64,000 nt of DNA from Candidatus Omnitrophota bacterium (GCA_003154195.1 PMCS01000030.1:123446-187445), one strand, 5' to 3'; counted from the first letter of the stretch, positions 37,582 through 47,624 are shown. Made by a program: numbers and translations. The notes: generated by a model not told the origin, from the letters alone.

Positions 37582-38167
37582 CTAAAAAACTCGTTTTCCA
37601 AACGAATTTTTTAGTTAAGAAGGAAAAAATGCCGCCGTTTTTTGAAAGTTTCCTAAAGCCAAAATATAAGGAATAAAATAAATTCCTTGCAGCCGGCTCG
37701 CCTCACGGCGAAGCCGTGGGCTATCCCTGGGGCAAGCCCGCAGCCCCGTTTCCCTGATATATTGATTAAGGTTCGGGGCGTCCCGTACCTTAGTATACTA
37801 TCTAGGGTAACGGGACAGGGTATTTCGCTGGCTGCATGGCGCTTTGCGCCACCGGAATTTCTTTTATTTGTTTTGTCCGCCACAAATAATAAATTATTCA
37901 GGCGGATCCGCCTTCGGCGGAAAAACCTATGCTGCGGTTTTTCCGCTTGCAAAGCGAGACTTCGCCAAAAGATGGAAACTTTTGGCGAGCAAACTTTCCC
38001 TTTCGTTTCCGAAACGGGAAATTGGATTTTCCAATTTCCCGCGGCAAAAGACGCCATTCATCCCCGCTGCAAGCAGCGGGAAATTCTGGCGGATTTTGTT
38101 AAAAAGAGATTTGGGCGGCATTTTTTCCCGGAGCCGGGAAAATGCGCCAAACGCATTTTACCGGCTA

Positions 38168-39625
38168 ATGATAAAGAAAACCTCAGATTTTCAAACTTAC
38201 CTCGAAGATACATCCAATTTGAAAGGGCATGCTGAATGCCTTTATCTTCCCGAATCTAAAGAAGAAGTCCGGTTCTTAATCGGCGAGTGCAATCGGTCAA
38301 AGTCCCCCCTGACGGTTTCCGCGGGGAGGACCGGGACTACCGCCGGTTGCGTCCCCTTGTCCGGAGCCTTACTTTCTTTGCAAAATCTCAATAAAATTAT
38401 CAATATTGATGCCGGGGTAAAAGAAGCGCGCGTGGAAGCGGGAGTTTTGCTGGAGGATTTGTTGAAAGAGGCAGTTAAATTTAATCTTACCTTACGGGCG
38501 TCGCCTACCGAGCCTCTGGCTTATGCCGGTGGGGCGGTTTCAACCGCCGCTTCCGGCGTGCGGGGCTTTGGCTATGGTTCAATACGAAACTATGTCCGCG
38601 CGATCGAGATTGTCCTGGCGGGAGGCGATGTTCTTAAGATACAACGGGGAAAAATTTTTTCCCTGGGGAGGGCTTTCGATTTCACCTGCGGCGGTAAAAG
38701 ATTTAAATTCAATCTCCCTTCCTACGACATGCCGCCGGTTAAGTCTCAGGCCGGTTTTTTTGTTAAAGATAATATGGACTTGATCGATTTATTCATCGGC
38801 AGTGAAGGCGTGCTGGGGATTATTACCGAATGCTGTCTTTCGCTGCAAACAATCGCGCCGTACATTATCGACGGGTTGGTTTTTTTTGACTGTGAAGAGA
38901 AAGCGTTGGGGTTCAGCGGGAGCGTAAAAAGCCTTAAGCGGGATAACTTGATAAATCCGGCGTCGCTGGAGTTTTTTGATCATAATTCTTTAGAGTTGTT
39001 AGGGCCGGTTTATTCTTTTATCCCCGCTTCGGCCGCGGCGGCAATTTATTTCGAGCAGGAAGCCGAAGATAAATCGTCGTCGGAGCAATTAATGGATACC
39101 TGGGCGAAGCTTATCGAAAACGGCGGCGCGTCCCTGGATACTTGTATCATCGCCGATAATCCCAATGCCCGCCGGAGCATTTTTGAATTCCGGCATAAAG
39201 TGCCGCAGCTCATCAACGAATTTTTAAGAGCGTACGGCCAACAGAAGATTGCTTCCGATATTGCCGTGCCGCCGGAACATTTTGCGGCGATGTATGAATC
39301 CTATAAATCAACCGCCCGGGAAACGGCTCTGCGATACGTCAATTTCGGCCACATCGGCGAAGGGCACCTGCACTTTAATTTCCTGCCGCGCAGTGACCAA
39401 GAAAGCGTCCGGGCCGGGGAAGGCATCGCCCGCCTTTGCCGTCAAGCGGTTGCCTGGGGCGGGACAGTCTGCGCCGAGCATGGGGTAGGCAAGGTTAAAA
39501 AACCTTACCTTAAGATTATGTACGGCGATAAGCATATTAAAGAAATGGCGGCGTTGAAAAAATATTTCGACCCTAATTGCATACTCAATTTGGATAATAT
39601 ATTTGATAAGGAGTTTTTATTGTAG
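38168..39625 (+). CDS. FAD-linked oxidase (GlcD/D-lactate dehydrogenase family)
   Basis: GRTGTTAG, FIGSEGVLG, FGHIGEGHLH, AEHGVG. Confidence 0.9.
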   Translation: MIKKTSDFQTYLEDTSNLKGHAECLYLPESKEEVRFLIGECNRSKSPLTVSAGRTGTTAGCVPLSGALLSLQNLNKIINIDAGVKEARVEAGVLLEDLLKEAVKFNLTLRASPTEPLAYAGGAVSTAASGVRGFGYGSIRNYVRAIEIVLAGGDVLKIQRGKIFSLGRAFDFTCGGKRFKFNLPSYDMPPVKSQAGFFVKDNMDLIDLFIGSEGVLGIITECCLSLQTIAPYIIDGLVFFDCEEKALGFSGSVKSLKRDNLINPASLEFFDHNSLELLGPVYSFIPASAAAAIYFEQEAEDKSSSEQLMDTWAKLIENGGASLDTCIIADNPNARRSIFEFRHKVPQLINEFLRAYGQQKIASDIAVPPEHFAAMYESYKSTARETALRYVNFGHIGEGHLHFNFLPRSDQESVRAGEGIARLCRQAVAWGGTVCAEHGVGKVKKPYLKIMYGDKHIKEMAALKKYFDPNCILNLDNIFDKEFLL

Positions 39626-39684
39626 AAGCGGTTTTCCCATCCGCGAAGCGGATGGCGGTTATTTTTTGCGCAGCAAAAAATAAT

Positions 39685-40077
39685 ATGAAACGAGAATTAG
39701 ACGTAGTCGCGGCGTTGATTAAAAAAGGCAGAAAGATACTCCTTTGCCGGCGGCATCTTCATGATCACTACGGCGGTTTGTGGGAATTTCCCGGCGGGGC
39801 GGTGGAAAAGGGAGAAACTTTTGAGGCGGCAATCGAGCGGGAGATAAAAGAGGAAACCGATTTAAACATTAAGGCTGTCCGATTGGTGGGTAAATTTTAC
39901 GATGAGGATGAAACGTTGATCATCCATATTTATTTGTATCGTTGCGATATCATTTCGGGGCAGATTGCCGCTCGCGATTGCGCCGATTTTGGATTTTTCC
40001 CCTTGCCGGATATCGCCCGGTTGGATTTAGCTCCAGCCGATAAGAAAATTTATTATTTTTTACTGCGTAAAAAATAA
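39685..40077 (+). CDS. MutT/NudG-like NUDIX hydrolase
   Basis: WEFPGG..E......IEREIKEET Nudix box. Confidence 0.9.
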   Translation: MKRELDVVAALIKKGRKILLCRRHLHDHYGGLWEFPGGAVEKGETFEAAIEREIKEETDLNIKAVRLVGKFYDEDETLIIHIYLYRCDIISGQIAARDCADFGFFPLPDIARLDLAPADKKIYYFLLRKK

Positions 40078-40133
40078 TTTTTGTTCGCCGGTAGGCGAGG
40101 CCGCATTTTTTCCGGAGGAAAAAATGGAAAATA

Positions 40134-40162
40134 TTGCAAATTTTAACGTTAAGGGGTATAAT
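40134..40162 (+). promoter_or_regulatory. Sigma70-type promoter for pyrE
   Basis: TTGCAA-17 bp-TATAAT. Confidence 0.65.
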
Positions 40163-40307
40163 TTGATTCTATCCGCCTTCGCCGAGGCTTCGGCGGATGT
40201 CACTAAATAGGCAAGCCCATGTGGCGGGTAGCCTTGTGAGGCTTCGACGTATGTTGTAGCGGCGGATAATGCATTTAGTTACCATGGGCTTGCTCAAGGG
40301 GTGTTCC

Positions 40308-40868
40308 ATGAAAAAACAGACAATCAGGCAAGAATTGTTAGGGATTATCAGGAAAGACGCTTTTTTTAAGAAAAAAGTGGTTCTTTCCAGCGGTAAGGTC
40401 AGTAATTATTATGTCGATGTGCGCCGGATTAGTTTATCCAGCCGGGGTATTTATCTTACCTCGCGATTGATTTGGGATATTGTTAAAAAAGAAAAGGCTA
40501 CTGCTTTTGGCGGGCCCACTTTAGGCGCCGACCCGATTGTGGCGGGGGTGTGCCTGCTTGCCGCTCAGGAAGGGAAAACGTTAAAAGGGTTTATTATACG
40601 CAAGGAGCCCAAGAAACACGGCCGGCAAAATTTAATCGAAGGTAAAGAATTATCCAAAAAAGATAAAATTATTATCGTTGACGATACCGCTACCAGCGGT
40701 TCTTCGCTTATTAAATCTATCGAGGCGCTGAAACAATCCGGCCTTAAGCCATTTAAGGCGATCGCGGTTGTCGATCGGGAAGAAGGCGCGCGCGATAATC
40801 TTGCTAAATTAAACTGCCCCTTGATTTCCCTGTTTAAAGCCGGCGAAATCGTCGATTTTTCCGGCTGA
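40308..40868 (+). CDS. pyrE: Orotate phosphoribosyltransferase
   Basis: LSSGKVSNYYVD, IRKEPKKHG, IVDDTATSGSS, VDREEG. Confidence 0.95.
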   Translation: MKKQTIRQELLGIIRKDAFFKKKVVLSSGKVSNYYVDVRRISLSSRGIYLTSRLIWDIVKKEKATAFGGPTLGADPIVAGVCLLAAQEGKTLKGFIIRKEPKKHGRQNLIEGKELSKKDKIIIVDDTATSGSSLIKSIEALKQSGLKPFKAIAVVDREEGARDNLAKLNCPLISLFKAGEIVDFSG

Positions 40869-40924
40869 ACTGCCGGCGGAATCGCCGGCGAGCCGGAAAA
40901 ATTTCCGACGGAGACTGCAAAACA

Positions 40925-41719
40925 ATGGTTTTTGAAAAAATCGCCAAAAAAGTTTTTATCCGGTATCTGTTATTTGCCATCTGCTTTCTGTCTTTATGCG
41001 GGTGCGCTACCGAGTATAATACCGGGACTCATAAGGAAGATTGGATTTTTTATTCGACGGAGAGCGAGGTTTCGATGGGGCTGGCAATCTCCCGGGCAAT
41101 CGCTAAAGACAAGGAAATGAAAATATCCAATGACCCCATCGATATAAAACGCGTCAATAGAATCGGCGATAAGATAGCTGAAGTTTGCGACCGGAGCGAA
41201 TTGACTTATTATTTTTATGTGCTCTTGGACGAGAAAGAGGTAAATGCTTTTAGCCTTCCCGGCGGGTATGTGTATATCTTTAAAAAGCTTCTCGATGATT
41301 TAAACGATGATGAGCTGGCGTTTGTCCTGGCGCATGAGGTGGGCCATATTGTATCGCGCCACGCCATAAAGGCATTACAGGCGGCGATAGCGGCTAATGT
41401 TTTGACCCTTGCCGGAGCGTTTGCGCCCGGAGGCAGCGGGGAATTTGCGCAGGGTCTTTCTTTTGCTTTAGCGCAGATCATGGTGGGTTATTCGCGGGAA
41501 GACGAATTCAACGCCGACGAACAGGCGGTAAAGTACACTAAAATATGCGGTTATGACTCTAAGGCCGGGATAAACGTCATGGAAAAACTTTATAAAGAAG
41601 AAAAGAAAACCATAAACCCGATTTCATTTTTTCGGACTCACCCTTATACCGCGCAGCGAATCCGCCATATCAGAGAAACCCTGCATCTCCCGCTTTCTGC
41701 CGCCGACTACCTCAATTAA
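40925..41719 (+). CDS. M48 family metallopeptidase lipoprotein
   Basis: lipobox LCGC, VNAFSLPGG, HEVGH, YSREDE, THP. Confidence 0.92.
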   Translation: MVFEKIAKKVFIRYLLFAICFLSLCGCATEYNTGTHKEDWIFYSTESEVSMGLAISRAIAKDKEMKISNDPIDIKRVNRIGDKIAEVCDRSELTYYFYVLLDEKEVNAFSLPGGYVYIFKKLLDDLNDDELAFVLAHEVGHIVSRHAIKALQAAIAANVLTLAGAFAPGGSGEFAQGLSFALAQIMVGYSREDEFNADEQAVKYTKICGYDSKAGINVMEKLYKEEKKTINPISFFRTHPYTAQRIRHIRETLHLPLSAADYLN

Positions 41720-41775
41720 TGAGGCTTCGCCGAAATCAAGCCCGAAGGGCGCAGATTGAGGCGGTAGCCGAATTA
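41717..41775 (-). repeat. Uninterrupted copy of TAATTC...CTCATTA element
   Basis: Reverse complement matches 17643-17755 without the nested insert; abuts TAA stop. Confidence 0.75.
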
Positions 41776-41922
41776 CCCAGCACTAATTTTGCTGTGGCAA
41801 AATTAGTGCTGGGTATAGCGTAAACAGCTACTTCGTCGGTGACGTTTCGCTTTCCCAGCAGGAAAAATTAATCTGCCAATAGGCAGGACGGAGCCGGAAA
41901 AATGCGTTTCTTATTTTTCCGG

Positions 41923-42912
41923 CTAAAGGGCGTTTTTTACCGCCAGCAGGGTGATGAGGCTGGTAGAATTAAAAATCGAATGAAAAATAATCGGCAGAGT
42001 AATATTTTGCGTTTTTTCGTAAAGATAACAGAGGCAGAGGCTTATTACCAAAAGAGGCAGGAAATATTGCGGTGTTCCATGAGGGAGAACAAAAAATATT
42101 GAAGTCAAAACAGCGGCAGCCACGGAAGAATATTTTTTTCTTACCAGCCGGTAGATAAAGCCGCGAAAAAATAACTCTTCGGCAACCGGCCCCAGAATTA
42201 TTATTTGTCCACAAAGCAATAAGGAAAAAAATATATTTTTCGAAGCAAGGACTAATTCCACCGCCGGGTTAAGCGAATATTTTAAGCCCAGCGCTTCGGC
42301 GATAAAGTTGTTGGCAACCGCGGCGGCTAACAATATGGGGATCATTGCCGTGTAGGTTTTCAGCGTCGCGGCGAGATGGCTCTTTTTTAAGGGAGAAAAA
42401 AGAAACGACGGTTTTAAAAACGCAACGGTCGCGGCAATGGCCGCTATTTCGATAATCAGGTTAACGATTATGGGAAAATTTGTTTTTTGGGATGAAAGAT
42501 AATTTTTAAACGGTTTTAATGCCGGAATAACTTTCGCCAGGCCGGCAAAAGATATTCCCGACGCGTAGAGCAGAAAAATAAGAAGCAGAATAATAAAGAT
42601 TAATTTCGCCGAGAGCTCTTCGTTTAAGGGGAATATTTTTTTCGCTTCGTCGATATCGAGGATAGGCTTTTTATTCATTTTTCTTACTACGAGGTCGGCT
42701 AAATTTAGCATTCCCGCAGTCAGGAGCACCAGATAGAGGATGCCGACTCCGGCCAGGGGCAGGGATTTTTCCGGCGCGGCGGTAATTTTTTCTTTGGTGA
42801 TTTGGGAGAAAATTTCCTTATCGTTATCTTTCCGGGGAGGATGGGAGATGTTATTCAGGAATATGGCCATAAAAAAAACGATGGATAAAATGATATAGAT
42901 GTTTTTTCGCAT
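41923..42912 (-). CDS. CPBP (CAAX/Abi) intramembrane protease
   Basis: PVAEELFFRG, FFVLPH, FHSIFN. Confidence 0.9.
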   Translation of the reverse strand: MRKNIYIILSIVFFMAIFLNNISHPPRKDNDKEIFSQITKEKITAAPEKSLPLAGVGILYLVLLTAGMLNLADLVVRKMNKKPILDIDEAKKIFPLNEELSAKLIFIILLLIFLLYASGISFAGLAKVIPALKPFKNYLSSQKTNFPIIVNLIIEIAAIAATVAFLKPSFLFSPLKKSHLAATLKTYTAMIPILLAAAVANNFIAEALGLKYSLNPAVELVLASKNIFFSLLLCGQIIILGPVAEELFFRGFIYRLVRKKYSSVAAAVLTSIFFVLPHGTPQYFLPLLVISLCLCYLYEKTQNITLPIIFHSIFNSTSLITLLAVKNAL

Positions 42913-43028
42913 TAAAGCATTGTAGCAAATTTAGAGTTTGCCGCAATGAAATAAAATATTTCATAGTTTGCCGGTTGTTTGGTATAATTGCTAAGGAAAT
43001 AAAAACCGGTATAAATACATTTTCAATT

Positions 43029-43118
43029 GGAGAGGTGGTCGAGTTGGTTTAAGGCGCCGGTCTCGAAAACCGGAGTCCGACTTATGTTGGACCGTGAGTT
43101 CAAATCTCACCCTCTCCG
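43029..43118 (+). tRNA. tRNA-Ser(CGA), CCA not encoded
   Basis: GGAGAGG/CCTCTCC acceptor, CCGGT-CTCGAAA-ACCGG, long variable arm. Confidence 0.95.
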
Positions 43119-43282
43119 TTTTTTGCTTTGCAAAAAACGGAAAAGTCTCGCCCGCCAAAATTGTAAAACAATTTTGGCGAGACGGACTCTCCGCAAAAGT
43201 TTGCTACCGTTCGCTCAGACAAATTATGGCGAGATATTGTTCTTCAAAGCCGGGCGTAGAAAATTGAAGAAAATGCTTTTCT

Positions 43283-44416
43283 ATGTTTGAGCGGAAGGGA
43301 ATTAAAATTATTGATGCGCGAATGAAAAACATAGTTAAAGGCAATTCAACAAAAGTTATTTTAATAGCGCTTGGCGTGCTTTTCGTTGCTTCCATTCTGG
43401 TCGGTATCCCAATGCAAATGGTTATGGCCATTCATAAAGCGGCGGCCATAATATGGGAGGAGAAGAATTTATCTCATGGAATCGATGGCTATGTTTTAGA
43501 AGCACATGGAAATAGTCTGGTCGCTTTTGATCTTAACAATAAAAGCGCCCATATTGTAAAAGCTGTGCCGAAAGAATCATTTTCTGATGGATGGCGCATT
43601 TTTGATGTAACGGGGCCAAGCAGAGATGGGAAAATAATTTACCTCTTAACGAATCCATGGAATAAACAAACTAATTCATGGGATGATCACGCTGTATGCG
43701 CATGCGTGCTTTGAATGTGTGGTCTCCAAGGTTTGGATGATATTGTTTTGGCTGACAAATTTAATGTTGGATACGACACGACGCAACATTTATCAATTTC
43801 GCCCGATGGAAAATTGTTAGCGACGTTGTTCCATCGAGAAAAACAGAAAGATTCAAGCAGCGGAAGGGGTTCTGAAGCTGGTGTTTTGGAAATATTCCGC
43901 GTCCCCTCAATGGAAAAGGTTAAAGAAATTTCCTCTGTAGCTGATGGGAATATCTCTTGGTTTCCTGACAGCTCTTCAATTCTTTTTACCATGCCGGAAG
44001 GTAAGCGCAGTGTTATTAGAAAATTAGAAATAGGATCAGGAAAAATATTAAGTTTCAATCAAGGCATGTATCAACGAATATCTCCCGATGGTTCCAAGAT
44101 GGCTTATCTCGATTTAGAAAATAATCATTGGGATTTAAAAATAAGGAATTTAGACAATAAGGGGTCTATCCGAAGCCCTTTAACAAAAAAAGATGAAATA
44201 ATCGGTATTATTGGCATGGTTGACGCGAATCGAATTTTGTATGTTGGTGTTACAACCGGTATGCTTCCATCCAAGATCCAAAATGGATCCATATCATTAA
44301 AAATTGCGGATGCAGCGAAGGGAATGTTCGAGACTCTTCATGTATTTGAGGATGAAAATTGTGGCGGCTATTCATATGCGATAAATGAAGAAGTTAGTTA
44401 TGGAAATATTGATTAG
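43283..44416 (+). pseudogene. TolB-like beta-propeller protein split by an in-frame TGA at 43712-43714
   Basis: Two ORFs in same frame, directly abutting; N-terminal TM; SPDG/WFPD propeller motifs. Confidence 0.55.
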
Positions 44417-44840
44417 AATATTTTAGCTATTTTGAATAGAACACATTTAGCTATAGGGTTTGGCTTTTGTCCATGGCTACTCGCCATTTTTGCCGATGGC
44501 AAGAATGATAAAACTCCGCGTTAGACTTTTGCCTTGTAAGAAACCCTGACCCAAATAAGGTATCCAGATTTTTTCCTTCCCGTTTGGCGCGAAGCTTTGA
44601 ATCAGTTAAGCCAGATTCCCGAATTATTAATGTGCGAGTTAGTTTTTCCCTCAAACCGCTAATGGCAACGCTAATTTTGAAAATTACGACTACCTTACTT
44701 TTGATATTACGGCGATGAACGACGTTAGCCCCAAGCAGGTGGAGGAGATGCTTATTGGGGAACGCCCTCGTTGAGCCGCCTTCACATTAGACTATCTTCG
44801 CAAACATTCTTATCTTATTGTCTTCGTGTATTGTATTTTT

Positions 44841-44882
44841 TTATCCTATTTTTTGTTGCAATTGCAATAAAAAATAGGATAA
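44841..44882. promoter_or_regulatory. 42-bp palindrome, putative operator or element end
   Basis: One mismatch; core TTGCAATTGCAA; repeated at 45832-45871. Confidence 0.6.
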
Positions 44883-44889
44883 TAATTTT

Positions 44890-45732
44890 ATGAAAAAAAC
44901 CATTAATAAAATTGGTTATGCGCTTGTTGATACCGCAGGGGTTGCCAAGAATGTTCTACGGGACGGGTGGGAAGGTGTTTGTTATTTATTGTGGCTGGTT
45001 AATCCGCCTACGATGAGCAAGGCAATGTTCGGCCCGCAGATGCGGGAGTTGTATTCTTATAAGTCGCTTTATCAAAGAATGGACGGTTTATACGAGAAAG
45101 GTTATATCGGGCGCATCGGCCGGCACAAAAAATTTTCGTTTTTTTTCAAAAAAGGATTCCGTTATAATTTTCTCGATGATTATTTGGCGTTAAAAATAGA
45201 AAAATTCTACAAACCTTGGGACAGGAAATGGCGGCTTCTTATTTATGATATTCCTCAGAAAAACAGCCCCAAGCGGGAACAGTTCCGGAGGCATATTAAA
45301 AACCTGGGGTTCGGTATGTCCCAGAAAAGCTGTTGGGTTAATGCTTATGATTTTACCTACCCGATTGATGAGTTTTGCCGCCAGAATAAGATGAGTGATT
45401 GCATTTGTTCGTATGAAGGGGCATTTTTGACCGGGGAGAATATAGATACGATGGTGGAGCGGGTTTGGAAAATAAGCGATTTTTTCTCTGTTTACGAAAC
45501 GATAATATCGATGGCCGATGGTTATCTGCGCGCGATTAAAACACAACAAATATCATTTAAAGATTACTATGTGAAATATTGCGAGCTATTTGCGCAATAC
45601 AAAAATGCCTTATTACGCGATCCTTTCCTGCCCAAAGAATTTACGCCGCTGTGGCAAAAAAGAGATCTTGCCGAAAATAGATTAAGTATTTTACTCCGCG
45701 CGCTTTTTAAAGAATGCGGCATGAGTCTATAA
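44890..45732 (+). CDS. PaaX-family regulator with central Cas2-like domain
   Basis: WDRKWRLLIYDIP, LGFG..QKSCW, DPFLPKE. Confidence 0.85.
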   Translation: MKKTINKIGYALVDTAGVAKNVLRDGWEGVCYLLWLVNPPTMSKAMFGPQMRELYSYKSLYQRMDGLYEKGYIGRIGRHKKFSFFFKKGFRYNFLDDYLALKIEKFYKPWDRKWRLLIYDIPQKNSPKREQFRRHIKNLGFGMSQKSCWVNAYDFTYPIDEFCRQNKMSDCICSYEGAFLTGENIDTMVERVWKISDFFSVYETIISMADGYLRAIKTQQISFKDYYVKYCELFAQYKNALLRDPFLPKEFTPLWQKRDLAENRLSILLRALFKECGMSL

Positions 45733-45907
45733 AAATTACACTACCCCCGCGCTAAAACTACTTTTTTTATCCCCAGTATCGCAAGGACTTAAATTACTTT
45801 ACTGACGTCTTTATGAAAAAGGGAAAACATTATCCTTAAATCTTGTTGCAATTGCAACAAGAAAATAGGATGAAAAGAGGTTGATGAATTTGTGAGGAAG
45901 GCGATAA

Positions 45908-45945
45908 AACAAAAAAGAGCCGAAGAAATCCGGCTCTTTTTTGTT
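45908..45945. terminator. Bidirectional intrinsic terminator
   Basis: AACAAAAAAGAGCCG/CGGCTCTTTTTTGTT. Confidence 0.75.
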
Positions 45946-45949
45946 GATG

Positions 45950-46157
45950 ATGCGCGGGGTGTCCGCCGTATCGCATGCGGCATGTGAACTCGGGGAGATC
46001 TCGCCAAGCGAAGCTTGGCGGAGGACTTGCCACTTGTCTCTCCGGTAAGGCCGGAGAGGGTGTCCTAAGGATGCTGCAAGTGCCAATAATGTGCTAGCCA
46101 TTTGCTGAACGATAAACCTTCCGTTACATTTCAAACCGATTGAATTAAAAGAAAACC
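45950..46157 (-). mobile_element. Small tRNA-associated element closed by an interrupted duplicate of the tRNA-Leu 3' end
   Basis: 45950-45961 plus 46023-46029 match 46158-46176 at 18/19 once the 61-bp TCCGCC..GGCGGA insert is removed. Confidence 0.6.
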
Positions 46158-46158
46158 A

Positions 46159-46240
46159 TGCGCGGGGTGGGAGTTGAACCCACATGGGGGTTACCCATAC
46201 GCTTCTGAGGCGTACGCGTCTGCCATTTCGCCACCCGCGC
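46159..46240 (-). tRNA. tRNA-Leu(CAG), CCA not encoded
   Basis: GCGCGGG/CCCGCGC acceptor, TACGC-CTCAGAA-GCGTA, GGTTCAA. Confidence 0.95.
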
Positions 46241-46519
46241 TAATTTTTTGCTGCGCAAAAAATTAGAGCTCCATCCGCTTCGCGGATGGAAAAATAAAAA
46301 CTTTTGATATTTTAAGGATAGGTTGCAAACCTGTTCTTACCGGAATTTATATTTTCCTAAATCCGCCGGAGGCGGATTTGGGGATAAAATAACCCCGCGG
46401 TGTTTCGCGGGGTTATTTTATCAATGCTATTATATTTTATTACCTTTGTCAACTAAATATGCTATAATCCCTAATCGGTAAACGCCGCAAAAGCGCTCTT
46501 CCGGTCAGGGGATTATCGT

Positions 46520-47470
46520 ATGAATGCCGCCATAACCTTAGCTATTATAAAACTTACGTTGCTTGCCGTATTCGGTTTTTTTCTCTACCGGAAGGCGGTA
46601 ATCGATGAAAAAAGCCTTACTTTTTTAACTACCTTTCTTATCTCTTTTGCCATACCATTTTTAATTTTTTCCCGTATTGTCGCTAACCGGAAACTCCACA
46701 GCGGGTTTTCGCCGCTTTTGTTCCTGCCGATAAGCCTGGGGATATTTGTTTTGGGGCTGGTTTTAGGTTTTTTATTTTCGCTTAAACGCAATCATGATTT
46801 TAAAAAAGAATTCATCGGCCTCGTCAGCTTTCAAAACGCGTTATATCTGCCGATGAGCCTGGCGTTCGCGCTTTTTCCCGCGGCGGTCAGGGAAGAATTT
46901 CTGCTCTACGCGTTTTTGTATTTAATCGGTTTTGACGTATTGATGTGGTCGGCGGGCAGTTTCCTGATTTTTAAAAAGGAAGGCGACCGATATGATGTTA
47001 AAACTCTTTTTACGCCGCCGATAATCAGTATTGCCGTTTCTTTATTTTTAGTTTATACGGGAAGCGCTAAGTTTATTCCTTCTTTTCTTATGGATACGGT
47101 TAAGATGCTCGGCGATACCAGTTTCGTCTTTTCGATGCTGGTACTGGGTTGTTTCCTGGCTAAAATCAGCCGCGAGGGGATGTGGCGCAAATTTTTAATT
47201 ACCGCCGAAGCCTCTATCCTGAAGCTTATCGTTATGCCTCTTGTTGTTTTAATCTTTTTAGCCTATTTTAAGATATTTTCTCTTTTGGGGATGTTTATCC
47301 TGATGCAGGCGGCGATGCCTTCGGCTTCTTCCCTGCCGATCGTCGCCGGTTTACGCGGCACGGATTCAAGTTTTGTTTCGCAGGGAGTATTGTCTACGCA
47401 TGTTTTGAGCATCATTACGATTCCTTTGTGGCTGAGTTTGTATTTAAAAATATCCGGGTTTTCGTGGTAA
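46520..47470 (+). CDS. AEC (auxin efflux carrier) family transporter
   Basis: ~10 TMs, FQN..YLP, AAMPSA. Confidence 0.88.
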   Translation: MNAAITLAIIKLTLLAVFGFFLYRKAVIDEKSLTFLTTFLISFAIPFLIFSRIVANRKLHSGFSPLLFLPISLGIFVLGLVLGFLFSLKRNHDFKKEFIGLVSFQNALYLPMSLAFALFPAAVREEFLLYAFLYLIGFDVLMWSAGSFLIFKKEGDRYDVKTLFTPPIISIAVSLFLVYTGSAKFIPSFLMDTVKMLGDTSFVFSMLVLGCFLAKISREGMWRKFLITAEASILKLIVMPLVVLIFLAYFKIFSLLGMFILMQAAMPSASSLPIVAGLRGTDSSFVSQGVLSTHVLSIITIPLWLSLYLKISGFSW

Positions 47471-47624
47471 TGCTAAACCACCGACTTCGTCGATGGTAAT
47501 TCACTATTTTTTTTGCACGGCAAAAAAATAATTACCGTCCGCTTCGCGGAAGAAGAAAAAAATAAATATAAAAATACAAAATGTATTTATGTTGTGATGC
47601 GACAATCATGAGGGGGATTCGATT

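Noticed and set aside
37653-38235. ORFs 37653-38057, 37687-38235 and the N-terminal extension of the FAD oxidase from 37844
   Set aside because: Run through palindromic DNA with no protein-like motifs; oxidase homology starts at 38168
43027-43290. ORFs overlapping tRNA-Ser (and 45811-46185 over tRNA-Leu)
   Set aside because: Shadow ORFs over RNA genes
44451-44780. Possible integrase remnant in the tRNA islet
   Set aside because: No recognisable recombinase motif in any frame I read
44890-45732. cas2 gene
   Set aside because: Cas2-like segment is the central domain of a PaaX-family protein; no array or other cas genes
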